Below the pieces are notes generated by a model. The model had not been told where the DNA came from, did not search any database, and was given only the letters and a program-made list of their open reading frames with translations. Positions 44,805 through 55,420 of a stretch of DNA of 64,000 nt are shown piece after piece (the first letter of the stretch is position 1; every line of letters begins with the position of its first letter). The position numbers and the translations under genes are program-made. The DNA comes from an uncultured Verrucomicrobiae bacterium (GTDB lineage: Bacteria; Verrucomicrobiota; Verrucomicrobiia; Limisphaerales; Palsa-1400). The stretch spans positions 1,408,001-1,472,000 of the forward strand of contig OY969763.1 of the NCBI GenBank assembly GCA_963702845.1, in the 5' to 3' direction.

Positions 44805-45841
44805 ATGAAAATTCAAATTTCGCACTTACTGCAGAAGTTTGGCGCTGGAGACTGCTTGGAGTTCATTTACCGGCGGTTGCAACAAAGTCTTCGGATTCCG
44901 CGGCGTCCGGCTAGCAGCGCGCAAGGGCAAAAAAGTCACGATCGCGCTGATGCCCAAGAGCAAAGGCAACGCCTACTTTATCTCCTGTAAAAACGGCGCG
45001 GACAAAGCCGCCAAGGAACTTGGGGTTGATCTGGTGTTTGATGGGCCGACCGATCCCGATCCCGCCAAGCAAAACGAAATCATCGAAAACTGGATCACAC
45101 TTGGCGTCGATGGCATTGCTGCCGCGTGCGAAAATAAAGAAGGCATTTCCACCGCGCTGCCGCAAAGCAAAGACAAAAGGGCATCAAAGTTATCACCTAT
45201 GATGCGGACGCGCTTCCCGATGCTCGCGACTTCTTCGTGAATCAGGCCACTCCTGAAGGCATCGGTTTCACACTGATGGACGAAGCCGGCGCGCCTGTGC
45301 AATGACCAGGGCGAATTCGCCATCATCACCGCGAGCCTGACTGCCGCGAACATGATCGAGTGGCAAAAATACATTGAGCAACGCCGCAGTGGAAAAGTAT
45401 CCGAACATGAAAATGGTCGCGCTTCGTCCCTGCGATGATTTGAAAGACAAGGCGCAAAGCGAAGCCACCTCACTGATGAGCGCGAATCCGAATCTCAAAC
45501 TCATCATGGCCATCTGCTCGCCGGCCGTTCCTGGCGCTGCGGAAGCCGTGAAGCAGGCTGGCAAAGCAGGGCAGGTGAAGGTCATCGGTCTCGGCCTGCC
45601 TTCCGAAAATCGTCGCTACGTCAAAGAAGGCGTGACCGACAGCGTCATTCTTTGGAAGACCGAAGACCTCGGTTACCTTACTATCCGCGCGGCCAAAGCT
45701 CTCGTCGACGGCGATTTGAAACCCGGCGCTACTAGTTTCAATGCTGGTCCACTCGGCACGATCGAGATCAAAGGCGACAACATCCTTCTCGGCAAGCCTT
45801 TCATATTCAATAAAGACAACATCGACCAGTTTAATTTCTGA
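44805..45841 (+). CDS. Sugar ABC substrate-binding protein (RhaS/LsrB-like; several frameshifts, start uncertain)
   Basis: MPKSKGNAYF...GADKAAKELG, VIGLGLP, LWKTEDLGYL, FNKDNIDQFNF in successive frames. Confidence 0.82.
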
Positions 45842-45876
45842 ACTAACTGTTATTTGCGCGTTCGTTTGCGCACGGG

Positions 45877-46969
45877 CTACTTCAATGCATTTAAAAGATG
45901 ATGCAGAAAGGCTGCGTTGTCGCATTGCAAATAGTGCATCGCTCCGCCCATGCGCGAATAACTTTTGCAGAAACGCAGGTAATACGCTGGATTGGTCTTG
46001 GGCGGTTCGCCCTTGGTCCAATCCCAATTGCCGCCGTCCTGAAGGTCGACGACGTAAATGTTGTGGTCACGCACGATTGAGCGTTTCGCCTGCAATCGCA
46101 GATTGTTCACGCAACTCAGGCTCTTTTCGAATACTTGCGGGCCCATGATCGCCGAACCGACCGACAGACACGACTCCGCCATCGAGTTTTTCCACAGCGT
46201 CGCCGAAAATCCGAAAATCAATTCCGGCAGCTCGCCCGAGCGCAGCGCCGTTGAACATCGGGTGATTGGAAATGATGTCGTAACCAATTCCCGGATGCAC
46301 GGTCAGCGGTATTCGCAATTTGAAACTCTGCGCGAGGATGCTGGTCGATTTGTGCGGATGCTTTACTTCGTAGCGCCCGGGTACCAATTGATGCGTCACC
46401 ATGGCCTGCAACAGTTCAGCGCGAGCGGGCGCGAGCGGATGGCGTGGATCGGCTTTGAGCAATTGTTCCAAGGCGTCTGCCTGGGGAAGAACGGTGCCGT
46501 CTTCGGAAACAAACTTGCCCAGACTGCTGCCGAACCCAAGCGCCTCGAGCGCGCCGGTTAAAACCGCCAGTTGGATATTACGGCCCGTTTCGTCCCAGGT
46601 GCCGAAGGTGCCGGTTGCGACATTTTTCTGAACGCTCTCGGTCGAAACACCGGCAAACGCAAATTCCCAATCGTGGATGATGCCCGCGCCATTCGTGGCG
46701 AGATGTGTGATCCAACCATGTTCCATCAAGCGAATCACGATGTTGGCCGCGCCGTTCTTAACTAAATGCGCGCCGTAAATCAGCATTACCGACGCTTTCT
46801 TGTCGCGCGCGGCTTTGATGTTCTTTGCGCACTCTGCGATCCGGGAAACGTTCGACGGCTCAATCGCTCCGGCTTTCGAGTCAGGATCAATGAGAATGTC
46901 GCTCAGTCGCGCATCGGAGACGCGTTGCGACAAGGGATAAACTTTCAGCTTTGTGAGGTCCAGTGGCAT
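45877..46969 (-). CDS. Conserved hypothetical protein, deoxyhypusine-synthase-like (frameshift near 46160)
   Basis: GAHLVKNG, HLATNGAGIIHDWE, TVHPGIGYDI, VGSAIMGPQVFEK motifs. Confidence 0.65.
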
Positions 46970-47116
46970 TGATTTCGGCCAAACATTTTCTGGCCAGTTA
47001 ACGGTGTTTGCAGTAAATGTCAATCGCTGCCATTTCTTTGGCTGCGAGAGGCGAAGGCCTCAGGAGGAACAAGCGAAGCTTGAATACCAACATCCGCGAA
47101 GAGGCACACACGTAAC

Positions 47117-48001
47117 ATGCCAGACATTGTAACAAAAACGAACGCCGTGATTGTGGTCAGCTCGGAAACCGCCGAGAAGGCGAAACCGTTCATTCAAAGG
47201 GTTTTCGAGTATCTACAGCACAATTCCGACAAGCTGCTGGCGGGACTTTTCATCGTCATCATTGGAGTGATCATTTCGCGGTCCATCGCGAAAGTGATGA
47301 ATCGTGCCCTCGAACGGCGTTTGCTCGATCCGCCGTTGCGCATGTTGCTCGTGCGTCTGGCCCGTTACGGCACGTTGGCGATTGCGCTCGTTATTGCTCT
47401 CGAAACGTGCGGTTTCAACATGACCGCGCTCATCGCCGGTATTTCTGTCGCTGGTGTCGGTGTCGGCATCGCGATGCAGGGGTTGCTGAGCAATATCATC
47501 GCGGGATTCACGATTATTTTCACCAAGCCTTTTCGTGTTGGTGAATACGTCGCCATTCTGAATTGCAATGGCGTGGTCGGCAGCATCGAGTTGACGACGA
47601 CGACTCTGCTTAAGCCGGATACGTCCGTCATCGTGATTCCGAATCACAAAATCATCGGCGAAATTCTGCAAAATTACGGTGTCATCCGGCAGTTGGATTT
47701 AAGCGTAGGTGTCTCTTACTCCACCGATTTGAATCGTGCCCAGGCGTTGATTCAGGAAATTCTACGATGCAATTCGCGTGTGTTGCGCGAGCCCGGGCCC
47801 GCAGTGTTGGTGACGGGGATGGGGGATTCGGCCATTACGATTGCGATCAAGCCTTTCGTTAAATTGCAAGACTGTGGCGCGGCCATGACCGAGCTGAATC
47901 AGACGATCGTTGAAAAATTCCGCGCCGGTAATATTGAAATTCCATTTCCACAGCGGGAAATTCGTGTTTTGAATTCCGACGGGAATACGATAAAGAACTG
48001 A
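47117..48001 (+). CDS. mscS: Small-conductance mechanosensitive channel
   Basis: GIAMQGLLSNIIAG..IIFTKPFRVGE, IPN, IEIPFPQR. Confidence 0.93.
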   Translation: MPDIVTKTNAVIVVSSETAEKAKPFIQRVFEYLQHNSDKLLAGLFIVIIGVIISRSIAKVMNRALERRLLDPPLRMLLVRLARYGTLAIALVIALETCGFNMTALIAGISVAGVGVGIAMQGLLSNIIAGFTIIFTKPFRVGEYVAILNCNGVVGSIELTTTTLLKPDTSVIVIPNHKIIGEILQNYGVIRQLDLSVGVSYSTDLNRAQALIQEILRCNSRVLREPGPAVLVTGMGDSAITIAIKPFVKLQDCGAAMTELNQTIVEKFRAGNIEIPFPQREIRVLNSDGNTIKN

Positions 48002-48090
48002 GGACGAATTACCGCAGAAGGACGGACTCAGAGTAAAAAAGCCCGGCTACCCTCTGTGTTCTCTGAGCCTCTGTGGTTTCGTCACTGACC

Positions 48091-49164
48091 ATGAACGCCA
48101 CAGACCATCAAACCAGCCGTCGCACCTTTTTAAAATCCGCCGCTCTCGCCACGGGCGCGCTCGCTCTTGCTCCTGCGGGGTTCGCGGACGCTCCAAAGAA
48201 GCTTAATGTCAAACTCGGCCTCGATAACTTCTCCGTGCGCGCGATGAAGTGGAATGCTTCGCAATTAATAGACTACGCCGCGAAGCTGAAGACCGATTCT
48301 CTGTTCCTGACGGACCTCGATTGTTACGAAAACTTCAACGACGACTACTTGCGCGATTTGAAGAAAAAGGCGGATGACCTCGGTCTGCAGATCCACGTTG
48401 GTTCCTGGAGCATTTGTCCGACGGCGAAAGTATTTAAGAAAAAGTGGGGCACCGCCGAGGAACACGTCGCTCTCGGGATCCGTTTGGCAAAAGCGCTCGG
48501 TTCGCCTGTTTTTCGCTGCGTGCTTGGGACCGGCGAGGATCGCTTTAGCCAGGGCGGCATCGAAGCGCGCATTGCCGATACCGTGCAGGTTTGTCGCGCC
48601 AGTCGCAGCCGTGCGATGGATGCCGGCGTGAAGATCGCGATCGAAAACCACGCTGGCGATATGCAATCGTGGGAACTCGTCCAATTGATCGAAGAGGCCG
48701 GCAAAGATTACGTGGGTGCCAATATCGATTCCGGTAACGCCTGTTGGACGATGGAAGACCCGCTGCAAAATCTGGAAGTGCTTGCTCCTTATGTTGCGAC
48801 GACCAGCCTGCGCGATTCGATGGTGTGGGAATCGGCCAATGGCGCAACCGTTCAGTGGACGGCGATGGGTGAGGGGAACGTGGATGTGAAAACCTACTTC
48901 AACCGCTTCGCCGAACTGTGTCCCGGCATCCCTGTTCACATTGAAACCATCTCCGGCTTCTCGCGCGAAACGCCTTACCTGAAGCAGGATTTCTGGAAGG
49001 TTTGGCCCAAGGTGCCGGCCAAGAACTTCGCCCGTTTCCTGGCGTTGGCTAAAACCGGTAAGCCGTTGCCGGGCGCAAACGCCAATGATCCTGCGTATCA
49101 ACGGGATCAGATTGAACGAAGTCTCAAGTACTGCAAAGAAGGCCTGGGGCTCGGGCTCAAATAA
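48091..49164 (+). CDS. Tat-exported sugar-phosphate isomerase/epimerase (xylose-isomerase-like TIM barrel)
   Basis: SRRTFLK twin-arginine signal; IENH, DSGN, MGEGNVD. Confidence 0.85.
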   Translation: MNATDHQTSRRTFLKSAALATGALALAPAGFADAPKKLNVKLGLDNFSVRAMKWNASQLIDYAAKLKTDSLFLTDLDCYENFNDDYLRDLKKKADDLGLQIHVGSWSICPTAKVFKKKWGTAEEHVALGIRLAKALGSPVFRCVLGTGEDRFSQGGIEARIADTVQVCRASRSRAMDAGVKIAIENHAGDMQSWELVQLIEEAGKDYVGANIDSGNACWTMEDPLQNLEVLAPYVATTSLRDSMVWESANGATVQWTAMGEGNVDVKTYFNRFAELCPGIPVHIETISGFSRETPYLKQDFWKVWPKVPAKNFARFLALAKTGKPLPGANANDPAYQRDQIERSLKYCKEGLGLGLK

Positions 49165-49182
49165 TCAGCGGTAAAACTGGGT

Positions 49183-49413
49183 TTAGTAGAGCGGTCTGAC
49201 GGTACGGCTTCGTTTTCCTCGAGTTGTGGCGCGGCAAACGGCCAGCGTCAATACCATCAAACCAGCCACGCCAAACAAGACAAGCACCAGCGGACCCATT
49301 AAGGTCCGGAGTTCTTCGATTGCGGGGAAAGCAAACACGCACAGCAAGGCCGCCGCACCCCATGCCATCCCGATTGAAATCCGTTCGGGTTCGGTTCGTC
49401 GTGAAGGATTCAT
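49183..49413 (-). CDS. Small hypothetical membrane protein (2 TM)
   Basis: Two hydrophobic segments and a basic tail; fills the intergenic gap. Confidence 0.4.
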   Translation of the reverse strand: MNPSRRTEPERISIGMAWGAAALLCVFAFPAIEELRTLMGPLVLVLFGVAGLMVLTLAVCRATTRGKRSRTVRPLY

Positions 49414-49619
49414 AACTTACTAGATCGTTTAGGGGTCATTACTTATCAAGACAGAGATAACCATGAATTGTGCCAAGCTATTTAGGAGAATCGCCAGTCG
49501 TGCTATCCTGTATCTTACAGCAGTAATTTCATTCCTTTCTTTCAGTAATCCTCCCGATTGTTGACTGTGGCCGAACAAGTCACAATCGGTTTACAAAGGA
49601 GTCCGGGACCGAGGAAGAC

Positions 49620-51542
49620 ATGAGAAGGGTATACGGTTTGCTGTTATTGGTGATCGGTTTGTGGGTGCGATTGGGGTATGCCGATACGCGCAGCCACGCC
49701 GTTGAATTGTGGGCATCCGTTCAGGAATCCCCGCCGCAGATTACTTTACAGTGGCGCAATAATTGGGAAGGGCTGTCCTATTATGTACAGCGAAAGTCCA
49801 AGACCGATACACAATGGACTGACGTCGCGGTGCTGAATTCCGGCACCACGACTTTTACTGACAGCAATGTCAGCATCGGAAGCGCCTACGAATATGCAGT
49901 AATAGAATATCCACCCGATGATTTTCCACATACCGGGTATATCTATGCTGGCATTAGGGCGTCATTGCAGGATCAGCGTGGGAAAATCATTCTTCTGGTC
50001 GACAACACCTACACTTCTCCCCTTGCAACTGAACTCGAACGTTTGCAACAGGACCTGACCGGCGACGGCTGGATCGTGCTCCGGCACGACGTCTCGCGGA
50101 CGGACACGGCACCGCACATAAAATCGCTTGTCCAGGCTGACTACACCGCCGACCCACAAAACGTCCAGGCGCTCTTCCTGCTGGGCCATGTGCCTGTGCC
50201 GTATTCAGGTGATTACAATGCGGACGACCATCCGGATCATACGGGTGCCTGGGTCGCAGATCCGTATTACGGGGATATGGATGGCAGTTGGACGGACAGC
50301 ACGGTCAGATATACAACTTCGACACGCGTTGCAAACCGTAATATCCCGGGGGACGGGAAGTTTGACCAGACGTTAATCCCTGGAACTGTGCGGCTTGAGA
50401 TTGGTCGCGTTGATTTGTCCAACCTGCCCGCGTTTGCTCCGCTGACGGATATCGACTTAACCCGAGCGTATCTAAACAAAGATCACTCGTTCCGGACGGG
50501 GGGGCTGGTGCTACAAAAGCGTTCGCTGCTCTTCGACGATTTCGGGGAAGCTGACGGCGAAGCCTACGCGGCCAGCGGTTGGCGCAATTTTGCGCCGCTG
50601 CTTGGACCGTCCAGCACCACCGAAATCGGCGAAAACCAATTCTTTAACTACGTGGGAAATCAGGATTACCTCTGGAGTTACGTCTGTGGGGGAGGAGATC
50701 CCGATTACACCGACTGTTATAACTTCGGCGAAACAGGCGATTTTGTTTCGAACCAATGCAAAACAATTTTCCTGATGTTTTTTGGAAGCTACTTTGGCGA
50801 TTGGGATGCGACGAACGATATCTTTCGTTCTGCCCTTGGTTCCGGTGACATTCTTACCGTAGCATGGGCTGGCCGGCCGCATTGGTTTTTTCACCACATG
50901 GGATTGGGAGAGGCGATTGGCTATAGCGCGCGGCTGGTTCAAAACAATACCGGCCTATACCAACCGACGAACTTCTGCCGTGAAGTTCATGTTTCGCTTT
51001 TGGGCGACCCGACCTTGCGCATGCAAATCGTGCAACCACCCAGCGGACTTACTGCGACAACGAATGGCGCCTACGTGAACTTGAAATGGAATGCGTCGTC
51101 TGATTCGAGTTTGCTTGGCTATCACGTTTACCGCGCGAGCAACGCCAATGGGCCTTTTACCCGTCTCACAACGTCGCCGGGTTCAGCGCTGTCATTTCAG
51201 GATTCGCCGGGAACCGGCACCTACACCTACATGGTGCGCGCAATTAAGTTGGAAAGCGGGTATAGCGGGAGTTTCACGAATGCGAGCGAAGGAATCTTCA
51301 CGAGTGCCAGTGCGATTGTCCCGGCTACGCCTGTGTCCATTTCGCAACCAAAGTGGAGTGCAAATGAGGTCTCGTTTTTGTGCAGTGGTCAGCCCGGCGA
51401 GAAATTCGTAGTCGAGCGTAGCCCGGATTTGAAACAATGGAGCGCTATCGCGACGAATGTGCTGACCAGTTCGAACCTGCAATTTACCGATACGCGCCCG
51501 GTTTCCGCCGAATCTTCCTATCGCACGCGACTGACCCAGTAA
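49620..51542 (+). CDS. Secreted protein: FN3-like, gingipain/peptidase C25-like, FN3 and C-terminal domains
   Basis: Signal peptide; LFLLGHVPVPY, DPYYGDMDG.W, IGRV, LLGDPTL; FN3 LKWNAS...GYHVYR...YMVRA. Confidence 0.72.
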   Translation: MRRVYGLLLLVIGLWVRLGYADTRSHAVELWASVQESPPQITLQWRNNWEGLSYYVQRKSKTDTQWTDVAVLNSGTTTFTDSNVSIGSAYEYAVIEYPPDDFPHTGYIYAGIRASLQDQRGKIILLVDNTYTSPLATELERLQQDLTGDGWIVLRHDVSRTDTAPHIKSLVQADYTADPQNVQALFLLGHVPVPYSGDYNADDHPDHTGAWVADPYYGDMDGSWTDSTVRYTTSTRVANRNIPGDGKFDQTLIPGTVRLEIGRVDLSNLPAFAPLTDIDLTRAYLNKDHSFRTGGLVLQKRSLLFDDFGEADGEAYAASGWRNFAPLLGPSSTTEIGENQFFNYVGNQDYLWSYVCGGGDPDYTDCYNFGETGDFVSNQCKTIFLMFFGSYFGDWDATNDIFRSALGSGDILTVAWAGRPHWFFHHMGLGEAIGYSARLVQNNTGLYQPTNFCREVHVSLLGDPTLRMQIVQPPSGLTATTNGAYVNLKWNASSDSSLLGYHVYRASNANGPFTRLTTSPGSALSFQDSPGTGTYTYMVRAIKLESGYSGSFTNASEGIFTSASAIVPATPVSISQPKWSANEVSFLCSGQPGEKFVVERSPDLKQWSAIATNVLTSSNLQFTDTRPVSAESSYRTRLTQ

Positions 51543-51544
51543 CC

Positions 51545-52639
51545 TTAGATCAACTGTTTAACCGCACGCAGCAGCGCGGTCGCTTCAGCATCGGTGCCGA
51601 TGGTGATACGCAGGAAATCTTTCGTCTCAGGATAACGAAACCAACGAACGAGGACTTTTTTCTCACGCAATTTGCCCAGCCATTGTTCCGCGGGGAATTT
51701 CGGCGGACGCGCGAAAATGAAATTCGTTTCGCTCGGCAACACTGTGAACCCGAACTTCGTTAATTCAGACGTAAGTCGGTTCCGTGTCGCGATGACCTTT
51801 TTGAAATTGGCGCGGTAGTAGGGAAGATCGGACAACGTTTCCAGCGCGGCAACCTGCCCAAGTCCATTGACGTTGTAACTGTCCCGTATCTTGTGCAATG
51901 CCGCGATCAATTCTGGATGGCCAACGAAATATCCCACGCGCTGGAAGCACAAGGAATACGCTTTGGAGAACGTGCGCGAGACGATTACATGCGGGTGCTT
52001 CAGAGCCAGTTCCATCGCGTTCTCTTTGGCGAAATCGACGTAAGCTTCGTCGAGGACGACAACGCCGCGCATCGAGCGGCACAGCTTGTCCAACTCCGCC
52101 GTGCTGTATCCGCGTCCGCTGGGGGCATTTGGTGTCGTCACTAATGTCAGAGCCGCGTCAGCTTTCCACGATGCCGGTTTCTTGACCGGAATCTCAAAGT
52201 CCGCTCCAAGCGGGACCGGATTGGTCTGCGCGCCGTGAATGTCCGCGAGCACCGGATAAAGCGAATAACTGGGGGTGAAATACTGCACCACTTCAGCAAG
52301 TTGCGGTCGACGCGACGCGCTAGAAGGCTCGACAAAACATTTAATAGCAAGCGCGAGCAATTCGTCAGAACCATTGCCGATGATGATATTCTCCGTTTTG
52401 CATCGGTGCAATTTCGCCAAACGCTCACGCACCTTCTCAGCCGTGGGATTGGGATAAAGCCGCAAGCGTCCGTCCACCGCCGCTTTCACCGCGCGCAAAA
52501 CTTTTGGGGAAGGCGGATATGGATTCTCGTTCGTATTGAGTTTAATCAGGCCTTTAATCTTCGGCTGCTCGCCGGGGACATAGGCGTGCAGTCGCTCGAC
52601 GAGGGGTCGAATAGGGCTTTTCGAATTGGGAGAGCGCAT
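51545..52639 (-). CDS. hisC: Histidinol-phosphate aminotransferase
   Basis: KLNTNENPYPP, GNGSDE, DEAY, SRTFSKAY; downstream of hisD. Confidence 0.95.
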   Translation of the reverse strand: MRSPNSKSPIRPLVERLHAYVPGEQPKIKGLIKLNTNENPYPPSPKVLRAVKAAVDGRLRLYPNPTAEKVRERLAKLHRCKTENIIIGNGSDELLALAIKCFVEPSSASRRPQLAEVVQYFTPSYSLYPVLADIHGAQTNPVPLGADFEIPVKKPASWKADAALTLVTTPNAPSGRGYSTAELDKLCRSMRGVVVLDEAYVDFAKENAMELALKHPHVIVSRTFSKAYSLCFQRVGYFVGHPELIAALHKIRDSYNVNGLGQVAALETLSDLPYYRANFKKVIATRNRLTSELTKFGFTVLPSETNFIFARPPKFPAEQWLGKLREKKVLVRWFRYPETKDFLRITIGTDAEATALLRAVKQLI

Positions 52640-52641
52640 GA

Positions 52642-53940
52642 TCAGCGTTTTGCGATTCGGATTTGGGCCGATTTCCCGTGGGCGTAGAGGCCTTCCATCT
52701 CCGCGAATTTGCTTAGCGCGGGCATTGCTTTATTGAGTGAAGCGCGGTTGTATTCGACGAGGCTGGTGCGGCGTTGGAATTGATCCACGGTTAGACCGCT
52801 GAACGATGCGCCTGCGCCGCCAGTGGGCAACACGTGGCTCGGGCCGGCGATGTAGTCTCCCAGCACTGTCGGCGTAAAATTGCCGACGAAAATGGCGCCA
52901 GCGGTAACGATCTTCGCAACGGTTTTATCGGCGCTGCGCACGACGACCTCGCAATGCTCAGGTGCGATGCGATTCGTCAATTGGACACCCGCATCTACAT
53001 CCTTCACCTGGATAAGCCAACCATTGCTGTCGAGCACGCGCTTGATCGCCTCGCCGCGTTCAGCTTTACTGGCTTGCCGCTCGATCTCCTTTTCAACGGC
53101 GCGAATCAGTTTGGCCGACGGGCTCACCAGCCAAACACGCTCATGGCCGGTGCCGTGTTCAGCCTGGGCCAACATGTCCGCCGCAATGTAGGCGGGGTTA
53201 GCAGTGTCGTCCGCCAGTACCAGCAGCTCGCTCGGGCCCGGCAACAAAGCGATCGAAACGTAGCCGAACAGCAATCGCTTCGCGGCGACCACGTAGGCGT
53301 TACCCGGTCCAAAAATTTTCTGAACCGGACGAATAGTCTCAGTCCCGAGCGCCATCGCTGCAACGGCGTGCGCGCCGCCCACGCGATAAACCTCCGTCGC
53401 GCCCGCAACGCGTGCGGCATAAAGCAGGGCCGGGTTCACTTCACCTTTTGCATTGCAAGGCGTGCAAACCACAATTTCGCGACATCCCGCGACCCGGGCC
53501 AAAGGAATGGTCATCAATGCGGTGGATACCAGAGGTGCATGTCCCGCCGGGATGTAAACACCGACGCGCGTCAAAGGATCAAATTTCTCTCCCACTTTCG
53601 CGCCGTGCGAATTTCTCGCCGACCAGTTCTTGCGCAGCGATTTCTTTGCAAACGCTTCCACGTTCTTCTGCGCTTCGGCGACGGCTTTGCGCAGGCCTTC
53701 GTCCGCCTGCACTGCCGCCGTCATGAACTCGGCCTGCGTCAGCGGAATTTGATCGGGAAAAAGTTTCGCGCGGTCAAAGCGCTCAGTGAATTCCAACAAC
53801 GCCGCATCGCGCCGCTCGCGAACAGCTTCAATGATCGCGCGAGTTTGCTGTTCAATGTTGGGATCAAATAAACTGGACGCCCCAACCAGCGCATCGATTT
53901 GCGCGGCGTAGTTGCGATCCGTATAGCGGGCAGTTTTCAC
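52642..53940 (-). CDS. hisD: Histidinol dehydrogenase
   Basis: GPGNAYV, GPSE, QAEH, APEH, GDYIAGPSHVLPT. Confidence 0.96.
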   Translation of the reverse strand: MKTARYTDRNYAAQIDALVGASSLFDPNIEQQTRAIIEAVRERRDAALLEFTERFDRAKLFPDQIPLTQAEFMTAAVQADEGLRKAVAEAQKNVEAFAKKSLRKNWSARNSHGAKVGEKFDPLTRVGVYIPAGHAPLVSTALMTIPLARVAGCREIVVCTPCNAKGEVNPALLYAARVAGATEVYRVGGAHAVAAMALGTETIRPVQKIFGPGNAYVVAAKRLLFGYVSIALLPGPSELLVLADDTANPAYIAADMLAQAEHGTGHERVWLVSPSAKLIRAVEKEIERQASKAERGEAIKRVLDSNGWLIQVKDVDAGVQLTNRIAPEHCEVVVRSADKTVAKIVTAGAIFVGNFTPTVLGDYIAGPSHVLPTGGAGASFSGLTVDQFQRRTSLVEYNRASLNKAMPALSKFAEMEGLYAHGKSAQIRIAKR

Positions 53941-53948
53941 CGGCGAGC

Positions 53949-53977
53949 AAGCTATGGGAACGCAAACCGATTGTCAA
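53949..53977 (-). promoter_or_regulatory. sigma70 promoter of hisD (near-leaderless)
   Basis: TTGACA-N17-TAGCTT ending 8 nt before the GTG start. Confidence 0.7.
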
Positions 53978-55269
53978 AACTGCGCGGTGTCGCGGGCAGG
54001 GGAGGTGGCGGGCGTTTTCCTGAATACACCGAGGAATGATTCGGGCAGCAATCGGATGATATAAATCGTGCCCAGCAGAGTCATCACCCCGCAACAGATG
54101 AACACGCCACCGGGCGTGAGATGTGCGATTGACGTCATGACGTAGTATACACCGGACGCGATGAACACTCCGACAAACGACAACAGGTTCGCAGCCGCTA
54201 ACACTCCGCCTTTTTTATCTTTCTCTGGCCGATGCTGTAACAAAGCCCCAATCGGCACGATGAAAAATCCGGCGAAAAATCCGACGACGATCAATCCTGC
54301 ATCAAACATCCAAAACGTCAGTCCGGGTATTCCGAGCAGAACGGCCAGCACTGTCATGCCGATTGAACCCAGCGGAATCAGCCGTGTTTCAATTTTTCCA
54401 CGCGACAAATAACCTGCGGCCACGCTGCCTATGCCGATACCGATTGCGGCCGATGCCTGCGAATAGCCGTTTTGCGTATCGGCGAGCCTGAGCACGTCTT
54501 TCCCGTAGAGGATGATGTTGAATTGCAGAATGGTGCCGAAAAATGAGAAGTAAGTGTTGCCCAACATTGCCAGCCAAAGCGGCCGGTCTTTATGCATCAG
54601 TTGAATCTGCGTCCAAAGATCGGCCAGAAAATTCGCTCGAAACGGCTTATGCGGCGCGGCTGCGGGAACATGTGAGATTTTGAAACTCAAGGTCAGGCCG
54701 ATGAAGGCGAGTACAATCAAAATCCCACCTGAGTAGCCCTGGCGGCCACGAAACACGTCAGACAAAATCGCGCCCAACGCTGTGCCGAGAATAATTGCGG
54801 TGAATGTTCCGAATTCGATGATCCCGTTGCCCCACGACAGTTTGTTATCCGGCAAGATTTCCGGCAATAAACCATATTTTGACGGGCCAAACAGCGCGCT
54901 ATGCACGCCCATCAGAAACACGCCAGCCAGTTCGATTGGCAGGTTCTTCAACACTAGGCCTAGCGTTGCAAAGCCCATCACGCAAATTTCGAAAACCTTG
55001 ATGCCGATCGTGACCGAGCGCTTGCTGTAGTGATCGGCGAAGTAACCGCCGGTCATGGAAAACACAATGAACGGTAACGCGAACAGCGCCCCGACGATGG
55101 GCACGAGTTTGTCACGCTGACCTTCCGGCAGGCCCATGCCGAGGATGATGAAGATGACAAGATTCTTGAGCGTGCAATCGCTAAACGCACCTTGAAATTG
55201 CGTCGCAATCAAACTCCAAAATCCGCGCTTCCAATGTTTCGGTGGCGTTTCCATTCTCCGCTCTGACAT
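53974..55269 (-). CDS. MFS transporter, LplT/Aas N-terminal-domain-like
   Basis: TQFQGAFSD, LFALPF..FS..GG..AD, SALFGPSKYGLLPE. Confidence 0.85.
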   Translation of the reverse strand: MSERRMETPPKHWKRGFWSLIATQFQGAFSDCTLKNLVIFIILGMGLPEGQRDKLVPIVGALFALPFIVFSMTGGYFADHYSKRSVTIGIKVFEICVMGFATLGLVLKNLPIELAGVFLMGVHSALFGPSKYGLLPEILPDNKLSWGNGIIEFGTFTAIILGTALGAILSDVFRGRQGYSGGILIVLAFIGLTLSFKISHVPAAAPHKPFRANFLADLWTQIQLMHKDRPLWLAMLGNTYFSFFGTILQFNIILYGKDVLRLADTQNGYSQASAAIGIGIGSVAAGYLSRGKIETRLIPLGSIGMTVLAVLLGIPGLTFWMFDAGLIVVGFFAGFFIVPIGALLQHRPEKDKKGGVLAAANLLSFVGVFIASGVYYVMTSIAHLTPGGVFICCGVMTLLGTIYIIRLLPESFLGVFRKTPATSPARDTAQF

Positions 55270-55420
55270 AGCAATACGTCACCGCAGCGCGAAACGGAAA
55301 TTGAAAAGAGAGGAGGTATTATCGAGGAATACGATATGGTGTTCGAAATGCCAAAAAAAGAGCAGGACAGCCTTCCCGGTGGTTGGACCCGTTACATCGT
55401 TACAACCCTGTAAACATTGG

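Noticed and set aside
49556..49588. Inverted repeat GATTG(T)TGACT...AGTCACAATC upstream of the C25-like gene
   Set aside because: Single imperfect occurrence; cannot distinguish an operator from chance.
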